Shown here: piece by piece, positions 52,912 through 64,000 of the stretch
Position numbering within the stretch: the stretch's first letter is position 1
How the letters are laid out: every line of letters begins with the position of its first letter
Assembly: GCA_015063685.1 (NCBI GenBank)
Contig: SVTR01000006.1
Span: 7,852 to 71,851, forward strand
Length of the DNA stretch: 64,000 nt
Reading direction: 5' to 3'
Origin: Oscillospiraceae bacterium
GTDB lineage: Bacteria > Bacillota > Clostridia > Oscillospirales > CAG-272
Notes under the pieces: generated by a model
What the model saw: only the letters and a program-made list of their open reading frames with translations
What the model was told of the DNA's origin: nothing
Database searches by the model: none
Program-made: the position numbers and the translations under genes

Positions 52912-54618
52912 ATGCAAATGAAAGGCGCCAAAATACTCATGGAGTGCTTGCTGGAGCAAGGCGTTGATACCGTCTTTGGCTATCCCGGAGGCACCATCCT
53001 CAACGTGTATGACGAGTTGTATGACTATAAGGACAAAATAAAGCACATCCTCACCGCCCATGAGCAGGGAGCTTCCCACGCCGCTGACGGCTATGCCCGC
53101 AGCACAGGCAAGGTGGGTGTCTGCTTCGCTACCTCCGGCCCGGGTGCCACCAATCTGACCACGGGTATCGCCACCGCATATATGGACTCATCTCCTGTGG
53201 TGTTTATTTCCTGTAACGTGGCCGACGGCCTCATCGGCAAGGACTCCTTCCAGGAAGTCGATTTGACGGGTATTACTATGCCCATCACCAAATGCAACTA
53301 CCTGGTCAAGGATGTGACCAAGCTGGCAGACATCATCCGTGAGGCCTTTGCCATTGCCAAGAGCGGCCGTCCGGGTCCTGTGCTCATCGATATTCTGAAG
53401 AACGTTACCGCCGAAACGGCAGAGTATGAGCCTCTGCCCCGTAAGCTTCATAAATCCAACGGCCGCTTGGCCGCTCTCATGGCACGTGCTTCTAATAACT
53501 TCAAAGCCCCCGAGCCCGATGCCGCCGATATCGACCGCCTGGTGGATATGATCAAGGCTTCCGAAAAGCCCCTGGTTATCTGCGGCGGCGGCGTGGTCAG
53601 AGGCCGCGCCAAAGCTGAAATGGACGAGTTCATCCGCCGTATCGACGCCCCTACCGCCATCACCATGATGGGCGCAGGCGGCATTGAAGGGCGCAACCCT
53701 CTGGCCACGGGCATGATCGGCATGCACGGCTCCCAGGCCTCCAACCTGGCCTGCGCCTCCTGCGACTTGCTCATCGCCGTTGGCTGCCGCTTCTCGGATC
53801 GCGTGGCCTTGAATCCCGACTCCTTCGCAAGACAGGCGCAAATCGTGCAGATCGATATCGACAGAGCCGAGATTAACAAAAACGTCAAGACAGACCACCA
53901 CATCGTGGGCGACTGTAAGCGCGTACTGACCATCCTCAACGAAAAGCTCCCCGAGCTGAAGCACAGCGAATGGACGGATCGCATCCTGTCCCTCCCCCGG
54001 GAAACCGTTTACGAGGAAGGCGGGGAAACCTTGAATCCCAAGCAGGTGCTATCCACCATCGCTGAGCTGATGCCTGAGGACACTATCGTGGCCACCGACG
54101 TGGGGCAGCACCAAATGTGGGCTATCCAGCACTTCCACTTTGACTATCCCGGTCAGCTCCTCACCTCCGGCGGCTTTGGCACTATGGGCTTCGGTCTTGG
54201 CGCGGCCATCGGCGGTAAGGTTGGTAACCCCGATAAGGCAGTCATCCACATCACGGGTGACGGTAGCTTCCGCATGAACTGTAACGAGCTGGCTACATTA
54301 CAAGCCTATGGCATCCCGGTCATCATCTTCGTTTTCAACAATAAGACGCTGGGAATGGTTCACCAGTGGCAAAATCTGATCTACAATAAACGCTATTCCG
54401 AAACTGACCTGAATCGCGCGCCGGATTTCGTCAAGCTGGCTGAGGCCTACGGGCTTTCGGGCAAGCGGGTCAACACGGTGGATCAGCTCCGCGAGGCCAT
54501 TGAGGAGGCTAAAGCCTGCGGTCACGGCTATGTCGTCGATTGCGCTATTGAGACCGACGAAATGGTACGTCCCATGGTGGGCGGCGGCAGCCACATCACC
54601 CAATTCATCATTTGTTGA
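52912..54618 (+). CDS. ilvB: acetolactate synthase large subunit
   Basis: ATG at 52912 after AAAGGAGAA. GAKILMECLLEQGVDTVFGYPGG, and the ThDP motif GDGSFRMN...N. Confidence 0.95.
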   Translation: MQMKGAKILMECLLEQGVDTVFGYPGGTILNVYDELYDYKDKIKHILTAHEQGASHAADGYARSTGKVGVCFATSGPGATNLTTGIATAYMDSSPVVFISCNVADGLIGKDSFQEVDLTGITMPITKCNYLVKDVTKLADIIREAFAIAKSGRPGPVLIDILKNVTAETAEYEPLPRKLHKSNGRLAALMARASNNFKAPEPDAADIDRLVDMIKASEKPLVICGGGVVRGRAKAEMDEFIRRIDAPTAITMMGAGGIEGRNPLATGMIGMHGSQASNLACASCDLLIAVGCRFSDRVALNPDSFARQAQIVQIDIDRAEINKNVKTDHHIVGDCKRVLTILNEKLPELKHSEWTDRILSLPRETVYEEGGETLNPKQVLSTIAELMPEDTIVATDVGQHQMWAIQHFHFDYPGQLLTSGGFGTMGFGLGAAIGGKVGNPDKAVIHITGDGSFRMNCNELATLQAYGIPVIIFVFNNKTLGMVHQWQNLIYNKRYSETDLNRAPDFVKLAEAYGLSGKRVNTVDQLREAIEEAKACGHGYVVDCAIETDEMVRPMVGGGSHITQFIIC

Positions 54619-54632
54619 CAGGAGGGAAGAAC

Positions 54633-56184
<1,552 letters not shown>

Positions 56185-56204
56185 GAACGGGAGTACGAGG
56201 AGTA

Positions 56205-56302
56205 CGCGAGGGGGAACTTTTGAGAAAAGTTCCCCCCTCGACCCCCTCAAAACTTTTAATAAAAAGGGAATTGGCCAAGAGATTTGACGCCCGAAAGGGA
56301 AG
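56205..56302. repeat. CGCGAGGGGGAACTTTTGA...CTCGACCCCCTCAAAACTTTTA...CCCGAAAGGGAAG repeat (copy 1)
   Basis: Near-identical blocks recur after leuB at 62837-62970. It begins 21 nt after the ilvC stop. Confidence 0.8.
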
Positions 56303-56324
56303 TAGTGGTCACTGGCCGCCTTCT

Positions 56325-56400
56325 GTAGGGGAGGGTTCTCCCCTCCCGATAAACATCGTGTACCCGTGTTGAAAAACGGGAGGCGCAACGCCTCCCCTAC
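56325..56400. repeat. inverted pair GTAGGGGAGGG...CCTCCCCTAC with internal hairpins
   Basis: GTAGGGGAGGGTTCTCCCCTCCC at 56325 and GGGAGGCGCAACGCCTCCCCTAC ending at 56400. A related GTAGGGGAGGGGCTTGCTCCTCCC lies at 48341-48364. Confidence 0.6.
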
Positions 56401-56532
56401 AACAAGACAATGCCATTGTAAGGGCAATCATCGGCCGTCCGCCAAATCACTTGATATTCAACCGCAAATACAAAAGCCCTTTTGTATTTCCCGTTGCATA
56501 TCAATTCATCAACATAGAAAGGAATATATACC

Positions 56533-58194
56533 ATGATTTCCGATAACGTCAAAAAAGGTGTGGAGCGCGCCCCCAATCGCTCTTTGATGTATGCCTTGGG
56601 TCTGACCAAGGAAGAAATGAGCCGCCCCCTTGTGGGCATTGTCAGCTCTTATAACGAGATCGTCCCCGGTCACATGAATCTCGATAAGATCGAGGAAGCC
56701 GTCAAGGCAGGCGTCCGCGCCGCAGGCGGTACCCCCATCATGTTTCCCGCCATCGCCGTGTGTGACGGCATCGCCATGGGTCATGTGGGCATGAAATACT
56801 CCCTCGTCACCCGCGACCTCATCGCCGATTCCACCGAGGCCATGGTCATGGCCCACCAGTTCGACGGTCTCGTGATGATCCCCAACTGTGATAAGAACGT
56901 GCCCGGCCTGCTCATGGCCGCCGCCCGTCTCAATATCCCCACCATCTTCTGCTCAGGCGGCCCCATGCTGGCAGGTCATCTGGATGATGGCCGCCGCACC
57001 TGCCTCTCCCATATGTTTGAGGCCGTGGGCGCGTACCACGCAGGCAAGATGGACGAGGAAGGCGTGGACAACTACGAGCGCAACGCCTGCCCCTCCTGCG
57101 GCTCCTGCTCGGGTATGTATACCGCCAACTCCATGAACTGCCTCACCGAGGCCATCGGTATGGCACTCCGCGGCAATGGTACCGTCCCTGCGCCCCTGTC
57201 TGCCCGCATCCGCCTTGCCAAGGAGACGGGTATGCAGATCATGAAGCTCATCGAGCAGGACATCCGGCCCCGTGACATCATGACCCATAAGGCCTTTGAG
57301 AACGCCGAGACCGTGGACATGGCTCTCGGATGCTCTACCAACACCATGCTCCACCTGCCCGCCATCGCGCACGAGGCAGGCGTGGAGATTAACCTTGACT
57401 ACTCCAACGCCATCAGCGCCCGTACCCCCAACCTCTGCCACCTGGCTCCCGCAGGCGACACCTTCATGGAGGACCTGGACAGAGCGGGCGGCGTGTGGGC
57501 CGTTATGAAGGAGCTGACCAAGAAGGATCTGCTCCACACCGACGTGATGACCGTTACGGGCAAGACCATGGCCGAAAATCTTGAGGGTGTGTTCAACCGT
57601 GACCCCGAGATCATTCGTCCCATTGAGAATCCCTACTCTCAAAGCGGCGGTATCGCCGTTCTGAAGGGCAACCTCGCCCCAAACGGATGCGTGGTCAAGC
57701 AGTCCGCCGTTGCTCCCGAGATGATGCAGCACGAAGGCCCTGCCCGTGTCTTTGACTCCGAAGAAGATGCCATCAAGTCTATCTATGCGGGTAAGATCAA
57801 GTCGGGCGACGTGGTGGTCATCCGCTATGAGGGTCCCAAGGGCGGTCCCGGCATGAGAGAGATGCTGAACCCCACCTCCGCCATCTGCGGCATGGGGTTG
57901 GGTGAATCCGTAGCTCTCATCACCGACGGACGCTTCTCGGGTGCGACCCGTGGTGCCGCCATCGGTCACGTCAGCCCCGAGGCCGCCGCAGGCGGTAACA
58001 TTGCCCTGGTACAAGAGGGCGATGTCATCGCTATTGACATCAAGAACTGCTCGGTTGTGCTGAAGGTCTCTGACGAAGAGCTGGCCGCCCGCCGTGCCGT
58101 GTGGGTCTGCCCAGAGCCCAAGGTAAAGACAGGCTATCTTGCCAGATACGCCAAGATGGTGTCTTCCGCCGATAAGGGCGCAATTTTGAATTAA
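56533..58194 (+). CDS. ilvD: dihydroxy-acid dehydratase
   Basis: [18 protein letters not shown] and [16 protein letters not shown] motifs. Confidence 0.95.
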   Translation: MISDNVKKGVERAPNRSLMYALGLTKEEMSRPLVGIVSSYNEIVPGHMNLDKIEEAVKAGVRAAGGTPIMFPAIAVCDGIAMGHVGMKYSLVTRDLIADSTEAMVMAHQFDGLVMIPNCDKNVPGLLMAAARLNIPTIFCSGGPMLAGHLDDGRRTCLSHMFEAVGAYHAGKMDEEGVDNYERNACPSCGSCSGMYTANSMNCLTEAIGMALRGNGTVPAPLSARIRLAKETGMQIMKLIEQDIRPRDIMTHKAFENAETVDMALGCSTNTMLHLPAIAHEAGVEINLDYSNAISARTPNLCHLAPAGDTFMEDLDRAGGVWAVMKELTKKDLLHTDVMTVTGKTMAENLEGVFNRDPEIIRPIENPYSQSGGIAVLKGNLAPNGCVVKQSAVAPEMMQHEGPARVFDSEEDAIKSIYAGKIKSGDVVVIRYEGPKGGPGMREMLNPTSAICGMGLGESVALITDGRFSGATRGAAIGHVSPEAAAGGNIALVQEGDVIAIDIKNCSVVLKVSDEELAARRAVWVCPEPKVKTGYLARYAKMVSSADKGAILN

Positions 58195-58217
58195 AGTAAA
58201 ATTGAACGCTCCATAGT

Positions 58218-58316
<99 letters not shown>

Positions 58317-58333
58317 TCCCAAAGGAGTTTTTC

Positions 58334-59860
58334 ATGAATAAACAAGTAAAAATATTTGATACAACCCTCCGCGACGGCGAGCAGTCTCCCGGCTGTAGTA
58401 TGAACCTGAAAGAGAAGATAGAGGTTGCCAAGTGCCTGGAACGCCTCAAGGTAGACGTCATCGAGGCGGGCTTCGCCATCTCCTCGCCCGGTGACTTTGA
58501 GTCGGTCAAGACCATTGCCGAGACCGTCAAGGATTGCACGGTTGCATCCCTTGCCCGCGCCGCCGTCAAGGATCTGGATGCCGCCTGGGAGGCCGTTAAG
58601 GGTGCCGTGGATCCCCGAATCCACCTGTTTATCGCCACGTCCCCCTTACATATGCAGTATAAGCTCCGCATGACCGAGGAGCAGGTTTTGGAAAAGACTG
58701 CCGCCATGGTGGCCTACGCCTCCAAATACTGCTCTAACATTGAGTTCTCCTGCGAGGATGCCACCCGCTCCGACCCCGATTTCCTGGTCAAGGTCTGTAA
58801 TTTGGCCGTGGCAGGCGGTGCCAAGGTGCTGAACATCCCCGACACTGTGGGCTACACCACCCCTGCCGAGATGCAGGCACTCATTGAGTACCTGATGGCC
58901 CGCGTGGATCGCGCCGATGAGATCGAATTTTCGGTTCATTGCCACAACGACCTGGGCATGGCGGTGGCCAACTCCCTGGGCGGCGTGCTGGGCGGCGCGA
59001 GACAGATCGAGTGTACCATCAACGGCCTGGGTGAGCGCGCGGGCAATACCTCCCTGGAGGAAGTGGTCATGGCCATGCGCACCCGCCCCGACATCTATCA
59101 GGTGGAGACCCGCATCGACACCACCCAGATCTGGCGCGCCAGCAAAACCGTCTATAACATCATCGGTCAGTCCGCGCCCCTCAATAAGCCCATCGTGGGT
59201 AAGAACGCCTTCGCTCATGAGTCGGGCATCCACCAGCACGGCGTACTGGCCAACAAGCTGACCTACGAGATCCTCACCCCCGAGGCTGTGGGTATTCAGA
59301 CCAATAACATCGTCCTCGGCAAGCATTCGGGCAAGCACGCCTTTGAGTCCCACCTTGCCGAGATGGGCTACCACCTGGAGGCCGACGAATTGCTCAGATG
59401 CTTTGACGAATTCAAGGTGCTGTGTGACAAGAAAAAGACGGTCAGCGACGCCGACATCGAGGCCATCATCCTCCACAAGAAGACCCGCGACGACGACGTG
59501 GAGATCGAGGGCGGCTTCGAGCTTGATTGGTTCGCCGTACACACCAGTAACTTCACCACCGCTACCTGTACCGTGTCTCTCAAACGCGGGGAAGAGAAGT
59601 TTGAAAACGTTTCTCTGGGTGACGGCCCCATCGACGCCGCCTTCAAGGCCATCGACGGCATCGTTAATCCCCCCGCCTGTACCTTCGATATCTACAACAT
59701 CCACTCCATCTCCGAAGGTAAGGACACCCTGGGTGACGTCACCATCCGCATCGCCTCGGGCGGCAAGACCTACGTTGGCCGCGGCCTTTCCACCGACATC
59801 ATCGAGGCCTCCATCAAGGCGTATATCATCGCCATCAATAAGCTGATGGCAACACAGTAA
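58334..59860 (+). CDS. leuA: 2-isopropylmalate synthase
   Basis: [26 protein letters not shown], and a C-terminal LeuA regulatory domain. Confidence 0.95.
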   Translation: MNKQVKIFDTTLRDGEQSPGCSMNLKEKIEVAKCLERLKVDVIEAGFAISSPGDFESVKTIAETVKDCTVASLARAAVKDLDAAWEAVKGAVDPRIHLFIATSPLHMQYKLRMTEEQVLEKTAAMVAYASKYCSNIEFSCEDATRSDPDFLVKVCNLAVAGGAKVLNIPDTVGYTTPAEMQALIEYLMARVDRADEIEFSVHCHNDLGMAVANSLGGVLGGARQIECTINGLGERAGNTSLEEVVMAMRTRPDIYQVETRIDTTQIWRASKTVYNIIGQSAPLNKPIVGKNAFAHESGIHQHGVLANKLTYEILTPEAVGIQTNNIVLGKHSGKHAFESHLAEMGYHLEADELLRCFDEFKVLCDKKKTVSDADIEAIILHKKTRDDDVEIEGGFELDWFAVHTSNFTTATCTVSLKRGEEKFENVSLGDGPIDAAFKAIDGIVNPPACTFDIYNIHSISEGKDTLGDVTIRIASGGKTYVGRGLSTDIIEASIKAYIIAINKLMATQ

Positions 59861-59950
59861 AAGATACGAAGATACGGAGATACAAAGATACAAGATATTG
59901 TTCATCACACATCTCATATCTTGTATCTCGTATCTCGTATCTTGTATCTG
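59858..59950. repeat. heptamer-repeat palindrome downstream of leuA (probable terminator-like hairpin)
   Basis: Forward GATACGA/GATACGG/GATACAA/GATACAA units at 7-8-nt spacing (59863-59897), five reverse GTATCT(C/T/G) units (59916-59950), then CCATTTTTTCC. Confidence 0.9.
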
Positions 59951-59979
59951 CCATTTTTTCCCTGAAAGGAGAACTTCCC

Positions 59980-61242
59980 ATGGGCATGACCATGACACAA
60001 AAGATCCTCGCCGCCCACGCAGGCCTGGATTCCGTAAAAGCAGGTGACCTCATCGAGGCCAAGCTGGATATTGTCCTCGGCAACGACGTCACCACTCCCG
60101 TCGCCATCGACGTTTTTGAAAAGGCGGGATTTGACCGCGTGTTCGACAAAGACAAGATCGCCATCGTCCTCGACCACTACACCCCCTGTAAGGACATCAA
60201 ATCCGCCGAGCTGTGCGCTACCGCACGCAATTTCGCCAAAAAGCATAACATCACCCACTTCTACGATGTGGGTCAGGTGGGCATCGAGCACGCACTGCTC
60301 CCCGAAAAGGGCATCGTCGGCCCCGGTGATTGCATCATCGGCGCAGACTCCCATACCTGTACTTACGGCGCGTTGGGTGCCTTCTCCACGGGTGTGGGCT
60401 CCACCGACATGGCTGCCGGCATGATCGCAGGCGAGAACTGGTTCAAGGTGCCCGCCGCCATCAAGGTCAATCTCGTGGGTAAATTTAACAAGCACGTCAG
60501 CGGTAAGGACGTGATCCTCCACCTCATCGGTATGATCGGCGTGGACGGTGCGCTTTATAAGTCCATTGAGTTTGCGGGTGAGGGTGTCGCCGAGCTATCC
60601 ATGGACGACCGCTTCACCATCGCCAACATGGCCATCGAGGCAGGCGGCAAGAACGGCATTTTCCCTGTGGACGAAAAGACCTTGGACTACATCAAGGGTC
60701 GTTTCAACCGTCCTGTCAAGATCTACGAGGCCGACCCTGACGCCGAGTACGAAAGGGAAGTGACCATCGACCTGTCCACCCTCAAGCCCACCGTCTCTCT
60801 GCCTCACCTCCCCTCCAACACCAAGACCGTGGACGAGGTCAAGGGTATGCCCATCGACCAGGTGGTCATTGGCTCCTGCACCAACGGCCGTATCTCGGAT
60901 ATGCGCATCGCCGCCGAGATCTTGAAGGGTAGAAAAGTAGCCGACGGCATCCGCTGTATCGTCATCCCCGCCACCCAGGAGGTGTATATGCAGTGCATCA
61001 CCGAGGGCCTCACCGAGATCTTCATCACCGCCGGCTGTGCCGTCTCCACTCCCACCTGTGGCCCCTGCCTAGGCGGTCACATGGGCTGTATGGCGGCAGG
61101 CGAGCGCGCCGTTACCACCACCAACCGTAACTTCGTGGGTCGCATGGGTCACGTCAAGAGTGAAGTCATCCTCGCCAGCCCCGCCGTGGCCGCCGCTTCT
61201 GCCGTGGCAGGCTGCGTGGCAGACCCCAACGATCTGAACTGA
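59980..61242 (+). CDS. leuC: 3-isopropylmalate dehydratase large subunit
   Basis: Aconitase-family motifs DSHT, GSCTNGR and CGPCLGG. Confidence 0.95.
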   Translation: MGMTMTQKILAAHAGLDSVKAGDLIEAKLDIVLGNDVTTPVAIDVFEKAGFDRVFDKDKIAIVLDHYTPCKDIKSAELCATARNFAKKHNITHFYDVGQVGIEHALLPEKGIVGPGDCIIGADSHTCTYGALGAFSTGVGSTDMAAGMIAGENWFKVPAAIKVNLVGKFNKHVSGKDVILHLIGMIGVDGALYKSIEFAGEGVAELSMDDRFTIANMAIEAGGKNGIFPVDEKTLDYIKGRFNRPVKIYEADPDAEYEREVTIDLSTLKPTVSLPHLPSNTKTVDEVKGMPIDQVVIGSCTNGRISDMRIAAEILKGRKVADGIRCIVIPATQEVYMQCITEGLTEIFITAGCAVSTPTCGPCLGGHMGCMAAGERAVTTTNRNFVGRMGHVKSEVILASPAVAAASAVAGCVADPNDLN

Positions 61243-61255
61243 GGAGGGAACTATT

Positions 61256-61753
61256 ATGGTACAAGGAAAAGTTTTCAAATACGGTGACAACGTAGACACC
61301 GACGTCATCATCCCCGCCCGTTACCTCAACGCCCCCTCCCCCGCAGAGCTGGCCAAGCACTGCATGGAGGACATTGACGCCGATTTCGTGAGCAACGTCA
61401 AGGCAGGCGACATCATGGTGGGCGGCGCCAACTTCGGCTGTGGCTCCTCTCGTGAGCACGCCCCCATCTCTATCCGCGCCGCCGGTATCTCCTGCGTCAT
61501 CGCCGCCAGCTTCGCACGTATCTTCTACCGCAACGCCATCAACATCGGCTTCCCCATTCTGGAATGTTCCGAGGCGGCAGAGAAGATCAATGCGGGTGAC
61601 GAGGTCACCGTGGATTTTGATACGGGAGTGATCACCGACCTCACTACGGGCGAGACCTTCAAGGCCACCGCTTTCCCTGCTTTCATCAATGGCATCATCG
61701 AAAACGGTGGGCTTCTGCCTTATCTTAAAGCCAAGCAGGCAAAGGAGAACTGA
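61256..61753 (+). CDS. leuD: 3-isopropylmalate dehydratase small subunit
   Basis: [14 protein letters not shown] motif. Confidence 0.95.
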   Translation: MVQGKVFKYGDNVDTDVIIPARYLNAPSPAELAKHCMEDIDADFVSNVKAGDIMVGGANFGCGSSREHAPISIRAAGISCVIAASFARIFYRNAINIGFPILECSEAAEKINAGDEVTVDFDTGVITDLTTGETFKATAFPAFINGIIENGGLLPYLKAKQAKEN

Positions 61754-61756
61754 ATC

Positions 61757-62830
61757 ATGAACTACAACATTGCTCTCATTAAGGGTGACGGTATCGGCCC
61801 CGAGATCGTGGACGGCGCGGTTGCCGTCCTCCAAAAGATCGGCGAAAAGTACGGTCATACCTTTAATTTTACCGAATATCTGGCAGGCGGTTGCGCCATT
61901 GACGCCATGGGCAAGCCTCTCCCCGAGGAGACCGTGGAGGGCTGTAAGAACAGCGACAGCGTTCTGCTCGGTGCTGTGGGCGGCCCCAAATGGGACACCC
62001 TCCCCGGTAGCATCCGCCCCGAAAAGGCGCTGCTGGGTCTGCGTGCCGCTCTGGGTGTGTATACCAACCTGCGCCCCGCCAAGATCTATCCCGCATTGAA
62101 ATCCGCCTGCACCCTCCGTCCCGACATCATCGACCGCGGCTTTGACATGGTCATCGTCCGCGAGCTGACGGGCGGCATCTACTTCGGTGAGCGCGGCAGA
62201 CGGGAAGGCAAGTACGGCCCCGAGGCCTACGATACCGAGGCTTACAGCGTCATGGAGATCGAGCGCATCGCCCGCATGGCCTTTGAGGCCGCCCGCAAGC
62301 GTCGCGGCTCGGTCATCAGCATTGACAAGGCCAACGTGCTGGAGACCTCCCGCCTGTGGAGAGAAACGGTTCACCGCATCGGTGAGCAGTACCCAGACGT
62401 GACCTGCGAGGATATGCTGGTGGACAACGCTGCCATGCAGCTCGTCCGTGATCCCTCTCGCTTCGATGTGGTGGTGACCTCCAATATGTTCGGTGACATC
62501 CTCTCCGACGAGGCCTCCCAGATCACGGGCTCCATCGGCCTGCTCGCTTCCGCCTCGTTGGGTGACTCCAAGTGCGGTCTGTACGAGCCCATCCACGGCT
62601 CTGCCCCCGACATTGCGGGACAGGACAAGGCCAACCCCATCGCCACCATCCTCTCCGCCGCCATGATGCTCCGCTACGCCTTCGATCTTAATGACGAAGC
62701 CGATTGCATCGAGGCCGCTATCGACAAGGTACTGGCCGACGGCATCCGCACCGCCGACATCGTGGGCGACAGCGGCGCTACCCCCATCGGCTGCAAGGCC
62801 ATGACCGAGGAGATCATCAAGAGACTTTAA
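61757..62830 (+). CDS. leuB: 3-isopropylmalate dehydrogenase
   Basis: IALIKGDGIGPEI, NMFGDILSDEAS and GSAPDIAGQ motifs. Confidence 0.95.
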   Translation: MNYNIALIKGDGIGPEIVDGAVAVLQKIGEKYGHTFNFTEYLAGGCAIDAMGKPLPEETVEGCKNSDSVLLGAVGGPKWDTLPGSIRPEKALLGLRAALGVYTNLRPAKIYPALKSACTLRPDIIDRGFDMVIVRELTGGIYFGERGRREGKYGPEAYDTEAYSVMEIERIARMAFEAARKRRGSVISIDKANVLETSRLWRETVHRIGEQYPDVTCEDMLVDNAAMQLVRDPSRFDVVVTSNMFGDILSDEASQITGSIGLLASASLGDSKCGLYEPIHGSAPDIAGQDKANPIATILSAAMMLRYAFDLNDEADCIEAAIDKVLADGIRTADIVGDSGATPIGCKAMTEEIIKRL

Positions 62831-62836
62831 GGAGAA

Positions 62837-62970
62837 CGCGAGGGGGACTTTTGATAAAAGTCGCCTCAAAAGTTCGGCCAAATATGCCTTCGGCATGATT
62901 TGCCCCTCGACCCCCTCAAAACTTTTATCAAAAAAGAATCGATCAAGAGATTGGACACCCGAAAGGGAAG
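62837..62970. repeat. CGCGAGGGGGACTTTTGA...CTCGACCCCCTCAAAACTTTTA...CCCGAAAGGGAAG repeat (copy 2, with a 41-bp insertion)
   Basis: Same blocks as 56205-56302, plus an extra GCCTCAAAAGTTCGGCCAAATATGCCTTCGGCATGATTTGC segment. It begins 6 nt after the leuB stop. Confidence 0.8.
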
Positions 62971-63097
62971 GGATGATTTCTTGATATGCTGAGGTGTGTT
63001 GGTGTGATACCCATAACCTCTCAAGCCACCCATGTGGGGCCCCTCCCCCACAGCTATATCTTAATAATCATTTCCCATAGGGAAATGTACCGATTGA

Positions 63098-63150
63098 GCC
63101 TTTCCCGTTGGGGAAGGTGCCGTCCAGCTTTGCGTCGGACGGCGGATGAG
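63098..63150 (+). repeat. solo CCTTTCCC-hairpin / hairpin / GGATGAG motif
   Basis: GCCTTTCCCGTTGGGGAAGG-TG-CCGTCCAGCTTTGCGTCGGACGG-CGGATGAG. Same architecture as the arms of element E (28115-28162). Confidence 0.65.
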
Positions 63151-63212
63151 GTGTTGATGACTGAAATTCATCTTGTTTTTCAAATCCTTTAATTTAAAAA
63201 GGTAGGTGCCAT

Positions 63213-64000
63213 ATGTATAAACTCACCTCTCGCCTCCTGCTCTATTCAGACCTTGGCGGCGATTCCATTTTGGAGGAAATCGCCCGCATCTTTGAGGCCG
63301 TTGACCGAGAAGCTATGGACAAGGACACCGCTACCCACAAGATCTATACCCAGATCAAGCGCCTCCTTGACCTCTCCACCGCCTACGGCTTCGACGGCAA
63401 CCTGTGGCAGAACTATCTCACCTTCCTGCTGGTTACCAATGAAAACTCCTTCACGTTGACCGCCGAGCGCGCTGACAACCGCGAGCGGGGAAGCGTCCAT
63501 GAGTTTGCCGAGCAGGACTTTGAGGTCTTCCGTCAGCTCTTCCACTATGATTTTTCAAAGATTGAGGAAAAGCTCGGCGTGGATTGCTTTACCCGCATCA
63601 CAAGCTACAAGGCCATCCCCAAGCGCGCCTGCCTCTATAACAAAAATGTCAGCGAAAAGGTGCGAGCCTTGTCCCAAAAGCTGGCGGAGGCCAAGGACGG
63701 GCGAGAAATGTCCGACCTGATCCTTGACCATTATCATAGCTTCGGCGTGGGGATGTTCGGCCTCAACCGTGCCTTCCGCATCCGCAACGAAGGGAACGGA
63801 TTGGAGTTTTTGCCCGTCAGCAACGCCGAGCCCATCAGGCTTTCCGACCTCGTGGGCTACGAGCATCAGAAGGCACAGCTGGTGGCCAACACCAAGGCCT
63901 TTGCCGAAGGGAAACGCGCCAACAACGTCCTGCTCTACGGCGACGCGGGCACAGGAAAATCCTCCTGTATCAAGGCTGTTTTGAATGAATACTACGACCG
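63213..64000 (+). CDS. DUF815-family AAA ATPase (3' end beyond window)
   Basis: ORF open to the window end, so it is absent from the track. ...LVGYEHQKAQLVANTKAFAEGKRANNVLLYGDAGTGKSSCIKAVLNEY has the Walker A and context typical of DUF815 proteins. Confidence 0.7.
   Translation, partial: MYKLTSRLLLYSDLGGDSILEEIARIFEAVDREAMDKDTATHKIYTQIKRLLDLSTAYGFDGNLWQNYLTFLLVTNENSFTLTAERADNRERGSVHEFAEQDFEVFRQLFHYDFSKIEEKLGVDCFTRITSYKAIPKRACLYNKNVSEKVRALSQKLAEAKDGREMSDLILDHYHSFGVGMFGLNRAFRIRNEGNGLEFLPVSNAEPIRLSDLVGYEHQKAQLVANTKAFAEGKRANNVLLYGDAGTGKSSCIKAVLNEYYD

Overview
This is a 64-kb chromosomal segment with a Firmicutes/Clostridia-like layout: GGAGG-type RBSs, TTGACA-17-TATAAT promoters, spoIVA, and roughly 55-60% GC in coding regions (taxonomy is my inference). 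Gene content is mostly housekeeping. It includes an rpmF-yceD pair and a HydABC-type electron-bifurcating [FeFe]-hydrogenase operon with an embedded sensory-hydrogenase/kinase/phosphatase block. It also includes spoIVA, plsY, ppa, obg, der and hisS, a small glycosidase cluster, an HtrA-like protease with a two-component system, and citrate synthase. A DUF1538 membrane protein with two P-II-like proteins precedes a complete ilvBNC-ilvD-leuACDB supraoperon. I saw no rRNA, tRNA, CRISPR, transposase, integrase or recognisable defence genes, and I cannot point to a clear novel protein system. The unusual material lies in the intergenic DNA. (1) Five intergenic elements are bounded by the same 14-bp inverted termini (TAAATTGTTGTTTA / TAAACAACAATTTA) but carry different hairpin cargo. 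(2) A 40-bp module found as an inverted pair inside two of these elements also flanks a small, apparently decaying GIY-YIG gene inserted between the DUF512 gene and der. (3) Palindromes built from tandem GATACAA heptamers bracket leuA and occur at a third locus. (4) Several further short repeat families follow operon genes. Other points worth checking are an Ile/Leu/Val-rich leader ORF plus terminator upstream of ilvB (leader-peptide attenuation rather than a T-box), a Cys-to-Ser change in the H-cluster L1 motif of HydA, and a small membrane-anchored CxC-rich acidic protein. All coordinates and motifs were read by eye. Family assignments come from recalled motifs, not database searches.
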